A DNA stretch of 63,724 nucleotides, the filler included, from Octopus bimaculoides (lineage: Eukaryota): assembly GCF_001194135.2 (NCBI RefSeq). It is 6 parts of 6 records of this genome, joined end to end, with 100 filler letters (N's around TTAATTAATTAA, not from the genome) between each part and the next. Parts side by side here need not be neighbours in the genome. Positions count along the whole stretch, not along the records: positions 24,198 to 42,292 come from NC_068991.1; positions 42,393 to 49,050 come from NC_068998.1; positions 49,151 to 50,943 come from NW_026353339.1; positions 51,044 to 59,714 come from NW_026438387.1; 2 more parts are not named here. One strand, written 5' to 3'. The notes beneath the pieces are model-generated. The model did not search any database and was not told where the DNA came from. It worked only from the letters and a program-made list of their open reading frames with translations. A program made the position numbers and the translations under genes. Positions 38,776-51,228 of this stretch are shown here, piece by piece (the first letter of the stretch is position 1; each line of letters opens with the position of its first letter).

Positions 38776-39083
38776 TATACATATATGTGTTTCGAGAAAA
38801 CAGTTTTTTTGTCTGTATATTTCTAAAAGTCACAGGATACCACCCATATCGTAAATTTCGATTGTATATCCTAAAACTCAGTATTTCTTATTTCGTAAAC
38901 ACGACCACGCGTAGCATGCACTCACACACAACCAGATGCACCCGTACCGAGAACTTGGCATATAACAACTTGGCATTTACGTGAATCATTCTCGTTTCAG
39001 CATAGCAAAAGGGAAGCAACGAAAGACAATGATGACCGAATGGAAAGTTTGAAAGAAAGAGAAAAATTAGGTTGTACGTAGGC

Positions 39084-39284
39084 TTAAAAACTGAAACAAT
39101 GCAGAAAATATTGTAAACAAGGAAAATCTCTGCCTGGTGATATCATGTTGCTGCTACTGCTGTTGTGGCCGACGTCATCGTTGTTGTTGTTGTTGTTACT
39201 GATCATGATAACGGCAGTCTGGTTGTTCGCTTTCTTGGTCAGCATTGGATCGTGTACATCTCTGACGAGAGGCGTTCCAGCCAT
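39084..39284 (-). CDS. Possible first coding exon or small ORF, unknown product (MAGTPLVRDVHDPMLTKKANNQ...NNNNNN...)
   Basis: Start context GCCATGG, unique sequence with a poly-Asn tract, only open frame on this strand. No strong splice donor and no recognisable homology. Confidence 0.3.
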   Translation of the reverse strand: MAGTPLVRDVHDPMLTKKANNQTAVIMISNNNNNNDDVGHNSSSSNMISPGRDFPCLQYFLHCFSF

Positions 39285-40610
39285 GGCTATCCCATCGTTT
39301 GTGCATGTCTAGGATTACAACATTATCCCAAATAGTTCTTTTCCTTCGATTTTTTTTTTGTTTCTTTTTTAAGTCAGTCGTTTGGTGTGATTTAAAGTGA
39401 GGTTTAATCGTCCCTCTCTCGCTGGATCGTACGGAAACATTTAGTTTAGGCGACTAGAAAAGTAAGGAACGACTTGAAGCACATTGAGAAAAAGAACGTA
39501 CGTCGGTTGAACATTGAAATACGCTTGCGAGAAGGAAATAACTTCTTTTATTTTTCTCCCAACTTGTCAGATAGTTTAAGGGAAGGCAGTGACATACTTG
39601 TCAATCAATGATATCTCCTTGGTTGTCGTTTAGATCTCTGTATCACGGATGGTAGGCGGATCTTTTGGGCAATGCCAGAGGGCAATTTTTGTGAAGCAAG
39701 TGACTGAGTGACGACAATGGCGGCAGCTGCCTTGCAAGGGCCAGCGGCTGCTGTAGTTAAAGGGAGGTGTCGAATGCATTTTTTCTTTCTTTCTTGTTCC
39801 CTTTTCTTGGGTCACGGTTTTTCTTTTGCTCTCATCGGAGTGAGAGAGAGACGGAGAGAGAGAGAGAGAGAGAGAAAGAAATATACATAAAAAGAACAAA
39901 ACAAGAACCATCGCTGGCCAAAGGCAAGATTGAAGGAAAAGGAAAAAAAAAAGAAGAAAAAAGACAGGAAGAAAAATAAGAACAAAAAAAAAAACGATGG
40001 TGAAAGCACAGTGGTGGGAAGAATTTTGCGACGCTAATACAATCACACACACGCGCGCATGCGTGCATATGCATATACACACAGAGAGAAAAAGAAAGAG
40101 AAGCATACATATGCGTATGTACGTGTGTGTGTGTGTATGTGTGTGTGTGTATCTAAGTATCTATGTATGTATATAGATATATAAGTATATATGTATATAT
40201 ATGTATATATATACANNNNNNNNNNNNNNNNNNNNNNNNNNNNNNNNNNNNNNNNNNNNNNNNNNNNNNNNNNNNNNNNNNNNNNNNNNNNNNNNNNNNN
40301 NNNNNNNNNNNNNNNNNNNNNNNNNNNNNNNNNNNNNNNNNNNNNNNNNNNNNNNNNNNNNNNNNNNNNNNNNNNNNNNNNNNNNNNNNNNNNNNNNNNN
40401 NNNNNNNNNNNNNNNNNNNNNNNNNNNNNNNNNNNNNNNNNNNNNNNNNNNNNNNNNNNNNNNNNNNNNNNNNNNNNNNNNNNNNNNNNNNNNNNNNNNN
40501 NNNNNNNNNNNNNNNNNNNNNNNNNNNNNNNNNNNNNNNNNNNNNNNNNNNNNNNNNNNNNNNNNNNNNNNNNNNNNNNNNNNNNNNNNNNNNNNNNNNN
40601 NNNNNNNNNN

Positions 40611-40643
<33 letters not shown>

Positions 40644-40721
40644 GTATGTGTGTGTGTGTGTGTGTATGTATGTATTTATGTATGTATGTATGTAGATATA
40701 TGAGTATGTGTGTGTAATACG

Positions 40722-40758
<37 letters not shown>

Positions 40759-41128
40759 TTATTGCACACACACGCACACACATACACACACATTTATATG
40801 TATATATGTGTGTGTGTGTGTATGTGTGTACGTTCGTGCGTGCGTATGCGTGCATGTATGTATGTATGTATGTATGTATGTATACATGCAAGTAAATGCG
40901 TAGTGTGCATGGGAAAATGCTGAGGGACAGATCAGAAACAAGAACAAGATTTTTGAGGGAAAAAAAAAAAGAACTTCGAGGAAGCAGGCTGGAGCAGATT
41001 TTCGTAGAAACAATAGCTGGAGTAGACTAGAGACAAAAGAAGAATGTCAACGAAAGGCTATAGTAAGAGGAACAGACAAAGAAGGACGTATATTGCATAT
41101 GTCTTTGAATGTCTTTGTTGATTCCTCA

Positions 41129-41180
<52 letters not shown>

Positions 41181-41445
41181 TTAGCGTGAGTGTGTGGGTG
41201 TGAGTGTGTGCGTTTTGGATGTGGGTTGAATAAATCGAACGAGGATGAAAATGAAGGACATTTATGAATTTTGCAGACAATGGGTGGTGTTAGTATTAGT
41301 GCGTTCGTATTAAAGAATAGCAAAGAATTAAAGAATTGAAATATCTTAGAATTGGTTTGTATATTACGGACACGTTTGTATACATAGATTAATACGTACA
41401 TATATACATAAAAAAACACATGATTGCAGTATATACATACGTATA

Positions 41446-41624
41446 TACCGCATGTTAACGTGTATAAGAAACCCTCGTGTATAAGGAATCCTCTAATTTT
41501 GGAGGCTTAAAATTTACCAAAAAAAGTTTTTGTAAAGGATTATAATAGTTTCCATGTATAACTCCCATATTTTTAACCTAATTTTTGACAAAAAAGGGTT
41601 CTTTAGACATGTTAAAATACGGTA
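41446..41624. mobile_element. Tc1/mariner-superfamily (pogo/Tigger-like) MITE
   Basis: 29-bp TIRs including TA, matching at 23/29: TACCGCATGTTAACGTGTATAAGAAACCC vs reverse complement of GGGTTCTTTAGACATGTTAAAATACGGTA. Confidence 0.8.
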
Positions 41625-41659
41625 CATCCATCCATCCACCCATCCACACATACACACTG

Positions 41660-41852
41660 GTTTTAAATTTTGGCACAAGGCCAGCAATCTTGGTGGAAGG
41701 GATAAGTCGATTACATCGACTCTTGTGCTCTACTGGTACTCCTTTTATCGACACCAAAAAGATAAAAGGTAAAGTCGACCTCGGCGGGATTCGAACTCAG
41801 AATGCAAAGACGGGCAAAATGCTGCTAAGCAATTTACTCGGCGTACTAAACG
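41660..41852 (-). mobile_element. SINE family A
   Basis: Reverse complement of the family consensus seen at 41886-42292. Confidence 0.85.
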
Positions 41853-41885
41853 CGCTCATATCTATTGCAATATGAATTACACATG

Positions 41886-42292
41886 AAGGCGGTGAGCTGG
41901 CAGAAACGTTAGCGCACCGGGCGAAATACTCAGCTGCATTGCGTTTGCCGCTATGTTCTGAGTTCAAATTTCACCGAGGTCGACTTTGCCTTTCATCCTT
42001 TCGAGGTCGATAAATTATGTACCAGTTACGCACTGGAGTCGATGTAATCGACTTAGTCCCTTTGTCTGTCCTTGTTTGTCCCCTCTATGTTTAGCCCCTT
42101 GTGGGCAATAAAGAAATAAGAAATGTTAGCACGCCAGGCGAAATGCTTAGCGGTATTTCGCCTGTTTTTACATTCTAAGTTCAAATTCCACCGAGCTGGA
42201 CATAGCCTTTCATCTTTTCGGGGTCGTACTGGGGTCAATCTAATCGGCTGGTCCCCTCCCCCAAAATTTCGGGTCTTGTGCTTAGAGTAGAA
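41886..42292 (+). mobile_element. SINE family A head-to-tail dimer
   Basis: Starts AAGGCGGTGAGCTGGCAGAAACGTTAG; junction AAAGAAATAAG|AAATGTTAG at ~42120. Confidence 0.9.
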
Positions 42293-42392
42293 NNNNNNNN
42301 NNNNNNNNNNNNNNNNNNNNNNNNNNNNNNNNNNNNTTAATTAATTAANNNNNNNNNNNNNNNNNNNNNNNNNNNNNNNNNNNNNNNNNNNN

Positions 42393-42431
<39 letters not shown>

Positions 42432-42437
<6 letters not shown>

Positions 42438-43667
42438 CAAATCTTTACAAATTTCACTACCAGTAGCCTAACATGTATATAAAGTCAATAGACGACATAT
42501 TCAATATAAAATACAAGAGAATTTACCTATAATAGGCAATTTCTACACGCTAGGAGAATTTACCTATAACAAGCAATTTCAAAGGGAAAGAAGAAATAAA
42601 AACTTTTGAGAAAGAGTATATGTAGTTATGTATGTGTGTTTAACCCCGAAAGACTCTGAAACAGTGCTTCCTCGAGAAAAACGTATTTGATTTTCGAAAT
42701 TTGTGTCCCAAAGAGCAGGTTGTCCATAAATAATAACCAAATAATATAATTTGTTATGAGAAATAACTCAACTTTTAGTTCGACAAGCCTCCCTCTCTGT
42801 AACTATCACTATTATGCTCTGCCTCTTCTACGCCTTCCCCTCTCTGTATGTATTTAGTACATTCTTTATCACTCTCTTTGAACAAGTATGATCTCTCACG
42901 CATACTGCTCCTCACTGCCCCCACTCTCTCTCTCTCTCTCTCTTCAAATCACATGTAATAGCTTTCATTTTGCTTGAAACTTCGTCTTCTAATGTTTACT
43001 TTTATTCTTTGATACACACCTATCACGTACAAATCCTGTTATCTGATTGAGTAAACATAATCAAACTTTAAGCTTTTGTAACATTTTCCTATACCTTTTC
43101 TGGAATGAATGAATCACAAAATCGGATTCAGCGTGAAAATGTACATCAATATATCAAATTTGAAAATTTTATTTTAATTCTAAAATTTCAAACAGCTAAA
43201 ATCACACACCTTTTCGCCTGAAAATTATTATTTTGATATTATAAACAGAAAGAAATTGCAGACTCGGATTATCTGTATTTTAAAACTATGATTAAAAATA
43301 AAATTTGAAAAAAAAAAAGCCGAAACTAAAGCATTTATGAGGGAGGAGTTACTGGAAAAAATTCTTTCAAATTTCACTATTGCTTTTAAATTGTGTTTCA
43401 TTTTCTGTTTGAAAATATAAAAAGTGGAGATTGTAATGGTGGTCGCCGGTTTCCAAACGGTTTTTTTGTTTTTTTTTTTAAACCAAAAATACCTCTTCCG
43501 TTGTTCTTAAGTGCGTAGGGGAAAGATTGAACAAAATCAGTCCGGAAGAGGTTAAAGAGGTGGGAGGAGTCATAAATTTTCAAAAAATATTTTTCATATA
43601 AAGCTTTTCACTACAAAGGTGTGGTGAAAAATCAAATCTCCGTCAAAACGGGAAAAAATCAAACATA
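42432..43667. repeat. Unclassified interspersed repeat, possibly Helentron/DINE-like
   Basis: Internal repeats AAAT.T.T.CAAATTTCACTA (~42439 and ~43360) and GAGAATTTACCTATAA (two copies); AAAATCGG-type motifs. Classification is weak. Confidence 0.3.
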
Positions 43668-44367
43668 NNNNNNNNNNNNNNNNNNNNNNNNNNNNNNNNN
43701 NNNNNNNNNNNNNNNNNNNNNNNNNNNNNNNNNNNNNNNNNNNNNNNNNNNNNNNNNNNNNNNNNNNNNNNNNNNNNNNNNNNNNNNNNNNNNNNNNNNN
43801 NNNNNNNNNNNNNNNNNNNNNNNNNNNNNNNNNNNNNNNNNNNNNNNNNNNNNNNNNNNNNNNNNNNNNNNNNNNNNNNNNNNNNNNNNNNNNNNNNNNN
43901 NNNNNNNNNNNNNNNNNNNNNNNNNNNNNNNNNNNNNNNNNNNNNNNNNNNNNNNNNNNNNNNNNNNNNNNNNNNNNNNNNNNNNNNNNNNNNNNNNNNN
44001 NNNNNNNNNNNNNNNNNNNNNNNNNNNNNNNNNNNNNNNNNNNNNNNNNNNNNNNNNNNNNNNNNNNNNNNNNNNNNNNNNNNNNNNNNNNNNNNNNNNN
44101 NNNNNNNNNNNNNNNNNNNNNNNNNNNNNNNNNNNNNNNNNNNNNNNNNNNNNNNNNNNNNNNNNNNNNNNNNNNNNNNNNNNNNNNNNNNNNNNNNNNN
44201 NNNNNNNNNNNNNNNNNNNNNNNNNNNNNNNNNNNNNNNNNNNNNNNNNNNNNNNNNNNNNNNNNNNNNNNNNNNNNNNNNNNNNNNNNNNNNNNNNNNN
44301 NNNNNNNNNNNNNNNNNNNNNNNNNNNNNNNNNNNNNNNNNNNNNNNNNNNNNNNNNNNNNNNNNNN

Positions 44368-44414
<47 letters not shown>

Positions 44415-44741
44415 CATTCATGATACAGGCTTGGTGATGAAAAAATACAAACAGGAGAAATAGAATTGAGTAAACAAAGCAGAACGTGTAATATAAAGCT
44501 ATATATAAGTGACTCAAGAGGTGAAAGTTTCGTACATATCACTTATCATATTTAATAAGCGCTACGCATTTGTGAAATTTGAGTCACCCGAGTAGAGTTA
44601 CATGTATGTGTGCGTGCGTGTGTGTACAAGTGCAAGTACATACATACATACATACATACATACATACATACATACATACATGCATACATACACACATACA
44701 TACATAATACATACATGTATGCATACATACATACATATGAC

Positions 44742-45025
44742 TAAGAATTCATATTCATACCAAAAACAATTGTAGCACTAGATTTTGTCAGTAAATGCTT
44801 AAAGGAAAATCTAGATAAAATGGGATTTTCAGGAGGAGAAGTTGACCGACTAAAACGCTCGTTACAAGTGCAATCTGTGAGTGGAACAGTAAAAATATGC
44901 AAGGCTTTTCTCAAGTTATAAATGTGAATTTGTCTTTGTTAACTACATCCCAAAGATGGAGCCTTGTATCTTTGTTGGAAACCGGTTCCATCCTCAGTGG
45001 AAGATTTATAATAATTAAAAAATAG
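44742..45025 (+). mobile_element. 5'-truncated REL-endonuclease non-LTR retrotransposon (C-terminus plus 3' UTR)
   Basis: Frame 44751-44921 gives IFIPKTIVALDFVSKCLKENLDKMGFSGGEVDRLKRSLQVQSVSGTVKICKAFLKL*, resembling the terminal segment of REL-LINE ORFs. Confidence 0.65.
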
Positions 45026-46056
45026 AAGAGGCATACATACATATATATATATATGTGTGTGTGTGTGTGTNNNNNNNNNNNNNNNNNNNNNNNNNNNNNN
45101 NNNNNNNNNNNNNNNNNNNNNNNNNNNNNNNNNNNNNNNNNNNNNNNNNNNNNNNNNNNNNNNNNNNNNNNNNNNNNNNNNNNNNNNNNNNNNNNNNNNN
45201 NNNNNNNNNNNNNNNNNNNNNNNNNNNNNNNNNNNNNNNNNNNNNNNNNNNNNNNNNNNNNNNNNNNNNNNNNNNNNNNNNNNNNNNNNNNNNNNNNNNN
45301 NNNNNNNNNNNNNNNNNNNNNNNNNNNNNNNNNNNNNNNNNNNNNNNNNNNNNNNNNNNNNNNNNNNNNNNNNNNNNNNNNNNNNNNNNNNNNNNNNNNN
45401 NNNNNNNNNNNNNNNNNNNNNNNNNNNNNNNNNNNNNNNNNNNNNNNNNNNNNNNNNNNNNNNNNNNNNNNNNNNNNNNNNNNNNNNNNNNNNNNNNNNN
45501 NNNNNNNNNNNNNNNNNNNNNNNNNNNNNNNNNNNNNNNNNNNNNNNNNNNNNNNNNNNNNNNNNNNNNNNNNNNNNNNNNNNNNNNNNNNNNNNNNNNN
45601 NNNNNNNNNNNNNNNNNNNNNNNNNNNNNNNNNNNNNNNNNNNNNNNNNNNNNNNNNNNNNNNNNNNNNNNNNNNNNNNNNNNNNNNNNNNNNNNNNNNN
45701 NNNNNNNNNNNNNNNNNNNNNNNNNNNNNNNNNNNNNNNNNNNNNNNNNNNNNNNNNNNNNNNNNNNNNNNNNNNNNNNNNNNNNNNNNNNNNNNNNNNN
45801 NNNNNNNNNNNNNNNNNNNNNNNNNNNNNNNNNNNNNNNNNNNNNNNNNNNNNNNNNNNNNNNNNNNNNNNNNNNNNNNNNNNNNNNNNNNNNNNNNNNN
45901 NNNNNNNNNNNNNNNNNNNNNNNNNNNNNNNNNNNNNNNNNNNNNNNNNNNNNNNNNNNNNNNNNNNNNNNNNNNNNNNNNNNNNNNNNNNNNNNNNNNN
46001 NNNNNNNNNNNNNNNNNNNNNNNNNNNNNNNNNNNNNNNNNNNNNNNTATATATAC

Positions 46057-46089
<33 letters not shown>

Positions 46090-46489
46090 AATAAAAATAA
46101 ATACAAAAAAGGGTTTTGTATGATCGTGTATAAAGGAATATATTATTTTATTTAAAAGAGTTCCAGCTCTGTCTGTTTTTTTATGTTTTATTTATATTCT
46201 TGTAAAATTAATGTGGGATATAGAACATGGAATATATATATTGTATATTGTATCATGTATTTTCTTTCATACATTCCATAATACCACTTGGTAGTAATCC
46301 TTGCTTTCAGTTTAAGGATTGACTTCTGATTGGCAGATATCGGATTTAGCATTGCAAGATCCGTTCGTGGAACAAATGTTGATGCTTCCGTAGAAGTAGC
46401 CTTTTCCACATGTGTTTGTGGGTTTGCGCAATATGATGTTCTTCATATCTGAACTGTAATCGTAACCCAACAGGAAGGTATGTTAAAAA

Positions 46490-46870
46490 GGCGCAAGTAT
46501 GGCTGCTTAGTTAAAATGCTCACTTGCAACTACGTGGGTTTGTGTTCAATCCCACTGTGCACCACTTTTGACATTTGTCTACTATTATAGATCCAGGCCG
46601 ACCAACGCCTTGTGATAGAATTTAGTAGCCAGAAACTATGGGGAAGCCCATCATGTGTGTGTGTGTGTCCCGAACGCTTGGCAACCGTTGTTAGTTTGTT
46701 TATGTCCCCGTAATCTAGCGGCTCCGATAACAGACCGATAAAATAAGTAACAGACTCAAAACAAAAGTACTGGAATCGATTGATTTCCTCGTCTAAACCG
46801 TTCGAGGAGGTGCCCCATGAAGGCCGTATTCCAATTGCTGAAGCAAGTAAAGGACAAAGGACAAAAAGTT
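46490..46870 (+). mobile_element. Diverged full-length SINE family B (tRNA head, CORE-like segment, tail)
   Basis: GGCGCAAGTATGGCTGCTTAG...GTTCAATCCCACTG...GGCCGACCAACGCCTTGTGA...(TG)n...tail. Confidence 0.8.
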
Positions 46871-47358
46871 CCATTGCGGGGAAGGAAATGTTTAACCAAA
46901 TTGGAGGGGGCGGGGTTACGTTGAGAGAGAAAGGGGTGAACCATATAACGTTACGCCTTCTCTTTTTAGGAGTCTAAAATATTCATATTTTGTTGGATAT
47001 ACACCATCATGTTTGTAAATCCTTCATTCTTTACGCAGTTTAATAACTGATATGGGTTTGCTTAATTGTCAGTTTCATGATTTGCGGATAGATGCGATAC
47101 TCTCCGACTAATATTCTTAAATAGTCTTCAAATCTACGGGTAGATGATTTGCTCCTCTACAGATGTAAGATAGCTTCTCGTTGATTTTATTAAAATGGTT
47201 TCCATAGGTTAATGCTCAGATTCAAGATGATGACTTATAAGAAGTTAACTACAGCAAAATTTATTTGTATCATGCCAAAGAATTGGATCATGCCCTTGTT
47301 TGAAGAATTGGATCATGCCCTTTCTAGTATGTGCCTGCTAGCATTATGTAAAACAGCT

Positions 47359-47478
47359 AAGGCGGCGAGCTGGCAGAAACGTTAGCACGCCGGGCGAAGT
47401 GCTTAGCGGTATTTCATCTGCTGTTACGTTCTGAGTTCAAATTCCTCCGAGGTCGACTTTGCCTTTCATCCTTTCGGA
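47359..47478 (+). mobile_element. SINE family A, 3'-truncated, near consensus
   Basis: AAGGCGGCGAGCTGGCAGAAACGTTAGCACGCCGGGCG...GAGTTCAAATTCC. Confidence 0.9.
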
Positions 47479-47561
47479 GCAGTCTCTTGTCCGTTTAAGT
47501 GGGTATCTTTCGCAAGCAAGTATTACACATCGGGATTAAATGCGTATGGATCTGGAAAGAT

Positions 47562-47688
47562 TACCGTAAATCCTCGAGTATAATCCGCACATTTTTCCCA
47601 AAATTTAACGGTCAAAATTTCTAGTGCGTACTATATACGAGGTTAAAAATGAAAAATATTTTCTAAGCAAAATTTTCTAAGCAAAATT
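47562..47688 (+). mobile_element. Left end of a pogo/Tigger-like element
   Basis: TA-CCGTAAATCCTCGAGTATAATCCGCAC...GTGCGTACTATATACGAGG, a terminal motif with sub-terminal inverted copy; runs into a gap. Confidence 0.6.
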
Positions 47689-48568
47689 NNNNNNNNNNNN
47701 NNNNNNNNNNNNNNNNNNNNNNNNNNNNNNNNNNNNNNNNNNNNNNNNNNNNNNNNNNNNNNNNNNNNNNNNNNNNNNNNNNNNNNNNNNNNNNNNNNNN
47801 NNNNNNNNNNNNNNNNNNNNNNNNNNNNNNNNNNNNNNNNNNNNNNNNNNNNNNNNNNNNNNNNNNNNNNNNNNNNNNNNNNNNNNNNNNNNNNNNNNNN
47901 NNNNNNNNNNNNNNNNNNNNNNNNNNNNNNNNNNNNNNNNNNNNNNNNNNNNNNNNNNNNNNNNNNNNNNNNNNNNNNNNNNNNNNNNNNNNNNNNNNNN
48001 NNNNNNNNNNNNNNNNNNNNNNNNNNNNNNNNNNNNNNNNNNNNNNNNNNNNNNNNNNNNNNNNNNNNNNNNNNNNNNNNNNNNNNNNNNNNNNNNNNNN
48101 NNNNNNNNNNNNNNNNNNNNNNNNNNNNNNNNNNNNNNNNNNNNNNNNNNNNNNNNNNNNNNNNNNNNNNNNNNNNNNNNNNNNNNNNNNNNNNNNNNNN
48201 NNNNNNNNNNNNNNNNNNNNNNNNNNNNNNNNNNNNNNNNNNNNNNNNNNNNNNNNNNNNNNNNNNNNNNNNNNNNNNNNNNNNNNNNNNNNNNNNNNNN
48301 NNNNNNNNNNNNNNNNNNNNNNNNNNNNNNNNNNNNNNNNNNNNNNNNNNNNNNNNNNNNNNNNNNNNNNNNNNNNNNNNNNNNNNNNNNNNNNNNNNNN
48401 NNNNNNNNNNNNNNNNNNNNNNNNNNNNNNNNNNNNNNNNNNNNNNNNNACACACACACACACGCAAGCACTCGCACATACGTATGCATGCAAACACACC
48501 TACGCATCCACCCCGCGCACATGCTAACAAACTCAGATACAAACAGAAAACGCACACATGGAAACAAC

Positions 48569-48605
<37 letters not shown>

Positions 48606-48883
48606 CATACAATCACACGGACGCATATACGTACATACTCACATAGATACATAGATACATAGATACGTAGATACATGCATACATACATACAGATATATAC
48701 ATATACATATACATATATATATATATATATTTGCTAATGTATACATATGGATACGTAGATTAACTGTTTCATTTAAGAATGTTGGATATACGTACTCAAA
48801 CTTAAAGAAGGCAAACCCGTACACATGCGCACATACATACACACACGCACAATCACAAACACACACTCACACACACATACACA

Positions 48884-48920
<37 letters not shown>

Positions 48921-49359
48921 ACAAAACACATGAACAAAGGCAATTTTCTCGCGATGAATGTTTTAAGTATTTTCTGATGGAATAAGTAAACGTCCATTGT
49001 ATGACACACACACACACACACACACACACATACGCACACACACACACACANNNNNNNNNNNNNNNNNNNNNNNNNNNNNNNNNNNNNNNNNNNNTTAATT
49101 AATTAANNNNNNNNNNNNNNNNNNNNNNNNNNNNNNNNNNNNNNNNNNNNATATATATATATATATATATAAGCGCATGTAAAACGAACGTGTTTGCGTG
49201 TTTACGTCTGTGTATATGCATACACACACATATATATATATATGTATATGTATATGAGAGAGAGAGAGAGAGGGGCTACACCCCCGCCCTTAGCATAACA
49301 ATAATGGTTTCTAATATAAGCACAAGGCCACAAGTTCTGCGAGACAGGAGGAGAATGTA

Positions 49360-50330
49360 GTGTTAGTCTTTCTGTTATAATTCCATTCACATCGAGAATG
49401 TTTTATAGGAATATTAAATCTACCTTAGCACTTATTTATATACGAACCAATGAGGAGATGCTCTCTCTCTCTCCGTAGTTTTGGTCTTCTGTCTTAATTC
49501 CATTCATATTTAAGAGTCTAACGGAATATCATATCAACCCACAAGTAGTTTTGTTATATATTTATGGGAATACGAAATCATTTTCCAGAATTTCACTGGT
49601 ACTTTATATTATCAACTCCCGGAGTATGAGGTGTGAAATTAGTCCAAAGTTTCCTATCGTAATTCCACTTAGAATTTAGAAAGTTTTGTAGTACTATTAT
49701 AATTATTCGATCGCTGTAATTTCACTGGTACTTTATAAACCAGAAAAATGGAAGGTAAAATATTCAAGTCTAACCTAGTATTTCTCTGGTGCTATAATCT
49801 TATCAGCTCTAGAAGGATGAAACGTAAACTTAGTGTCAGTCTTCGGTTATAATTCCATTGACATTTCCGATGCTTTATAGAACGATCAAAATCACACCCA
49901 GCTTCACTGCTACCCAAGTTTATCAACCACACAATTAACGATAGACCCACGTTAGCATTCGTCTTCCATTATAATTCCATTCACACATCTAGGATGTTTT
50001 ATAGGAATATTGAATTCACCTCAGTATATCATTTCTACTTTATTTTAATCAATCCCAGCAACATGAAAGATAAGTTATTCTTAGTTGTCAACTATAATTC
50101 CATCCACATCTACAACGTATAAATGGACCCGAGTATTTCACTGGTATTTATACGAACCGATAAGACAGTCTTTGTCTTCTGTTATATTTCCATTCACATT
50201 TTAGATGTTTTGCAGGAATATTAGGTCCTACTACCCCTGTTTTTCACAGGTATCTTATTTTATCAGACCGCGGGCTGATGGAAGGCTAAGCTGATTCCAG
50301 CAGAATTTGAACTGGGATAGCAATGGACTG
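49360..50330 (+). repeat. Degenerate satellite, about 7 units of 87-190 bp containing SINE-A-derived sequence
   Basis: GTCTTC.GTTATAATTCCATTCACAT recurs at ~49366, 49484, 49649, 49839, 49961, 50087 and 50174. Confidence 0.8.
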
Positions 50331-51059
50331 TAAATTATTGTCATCCGTCGCCCTTATCGATTTTGTCCGTCGACCTGCCTTTATCGATTAATAATATCCA
50401 CCGCAGTACGCTGTCACATTATGTTACCCGATCCCGGAAGATCACAAGCGAATTCAACTCCAGTGCTGTTTGAACTTGCGATATTTGCTACCGTGACGAC
50501 AATGGGCTGATTGGTTAATACAGATTCAAGGCTATCGAAATCGATATCGATAGTTGATTGGTACTTTATTTTATCGATCTCCAGTAAAAAGGAGATTTTC
50601 GAATCCATATCGGTACGATCTCTTCTCGAAAGATCCACCTACAAATGTTGGCAAAGGAAATACAGTTATGTATGGCCAAGGAATATAGTTTATACATGTT
50701 GATGTATCAAATAGTACAACTTTTATCGATCCCTAAAAGGCAAAATTCAAAATTCCAACGTGGTTTGATTCGAACTCAAGCGATCCTGTCGCAAGAATGA
50801 TGCATGAATAAAACGAGAAAAAGAAACTAACTTGCAGCTATTTCTTCCTCTTATTTTGAGTGTTTTCGCTTTCCAAGTATTAAATTAAAACTTGCCTATC
50901 AGTTTTTCCCTGTCTGTCTGTCTGTCTGTCTCTGTCTATCTATNNNNNNNNNNNNNNNNNNNNNNNNNNNNNNNNNNNNNNNNNNNNTTAATTAATTAAN
51001 NNNNNNNNNNNNNNNNNNNNNNNNNNNNNNNNNNNNNNNNNNNTACATATACATATATA

Positions 51060-51226
51060 TACGACGGGTTTCTTTCAGTTTCCGTCTACCAAATCCACTC
51101 ACAAGGCTTTGGTCGGCCCGAAGCTATAGTAGAAGACACTTGCCCAAGGTGCCACGCAGTGGGACTGAACACGGAACCATGTGGTTGGTAAGCAAGCTAC
51201 TTACCACACAGCCACTCCTGCGCCTA
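51060..51226 (-). mobile_element. SINE family B, young copy
   Basis: ACGACGGGTTTCTTTCAG...GACACTTGCCCAAGGTGCC...GGGACTGAAC...ACCACACAGCCACTCCTGCGCC. Confidence 0.9.
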
Positions 51227-51228
51227 TA

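Noticed and set aside
47278-47322. 20-bp direct repeat at 25-bp spacing
   Set aside because: Simple local slippage duplication with no element between the copies.
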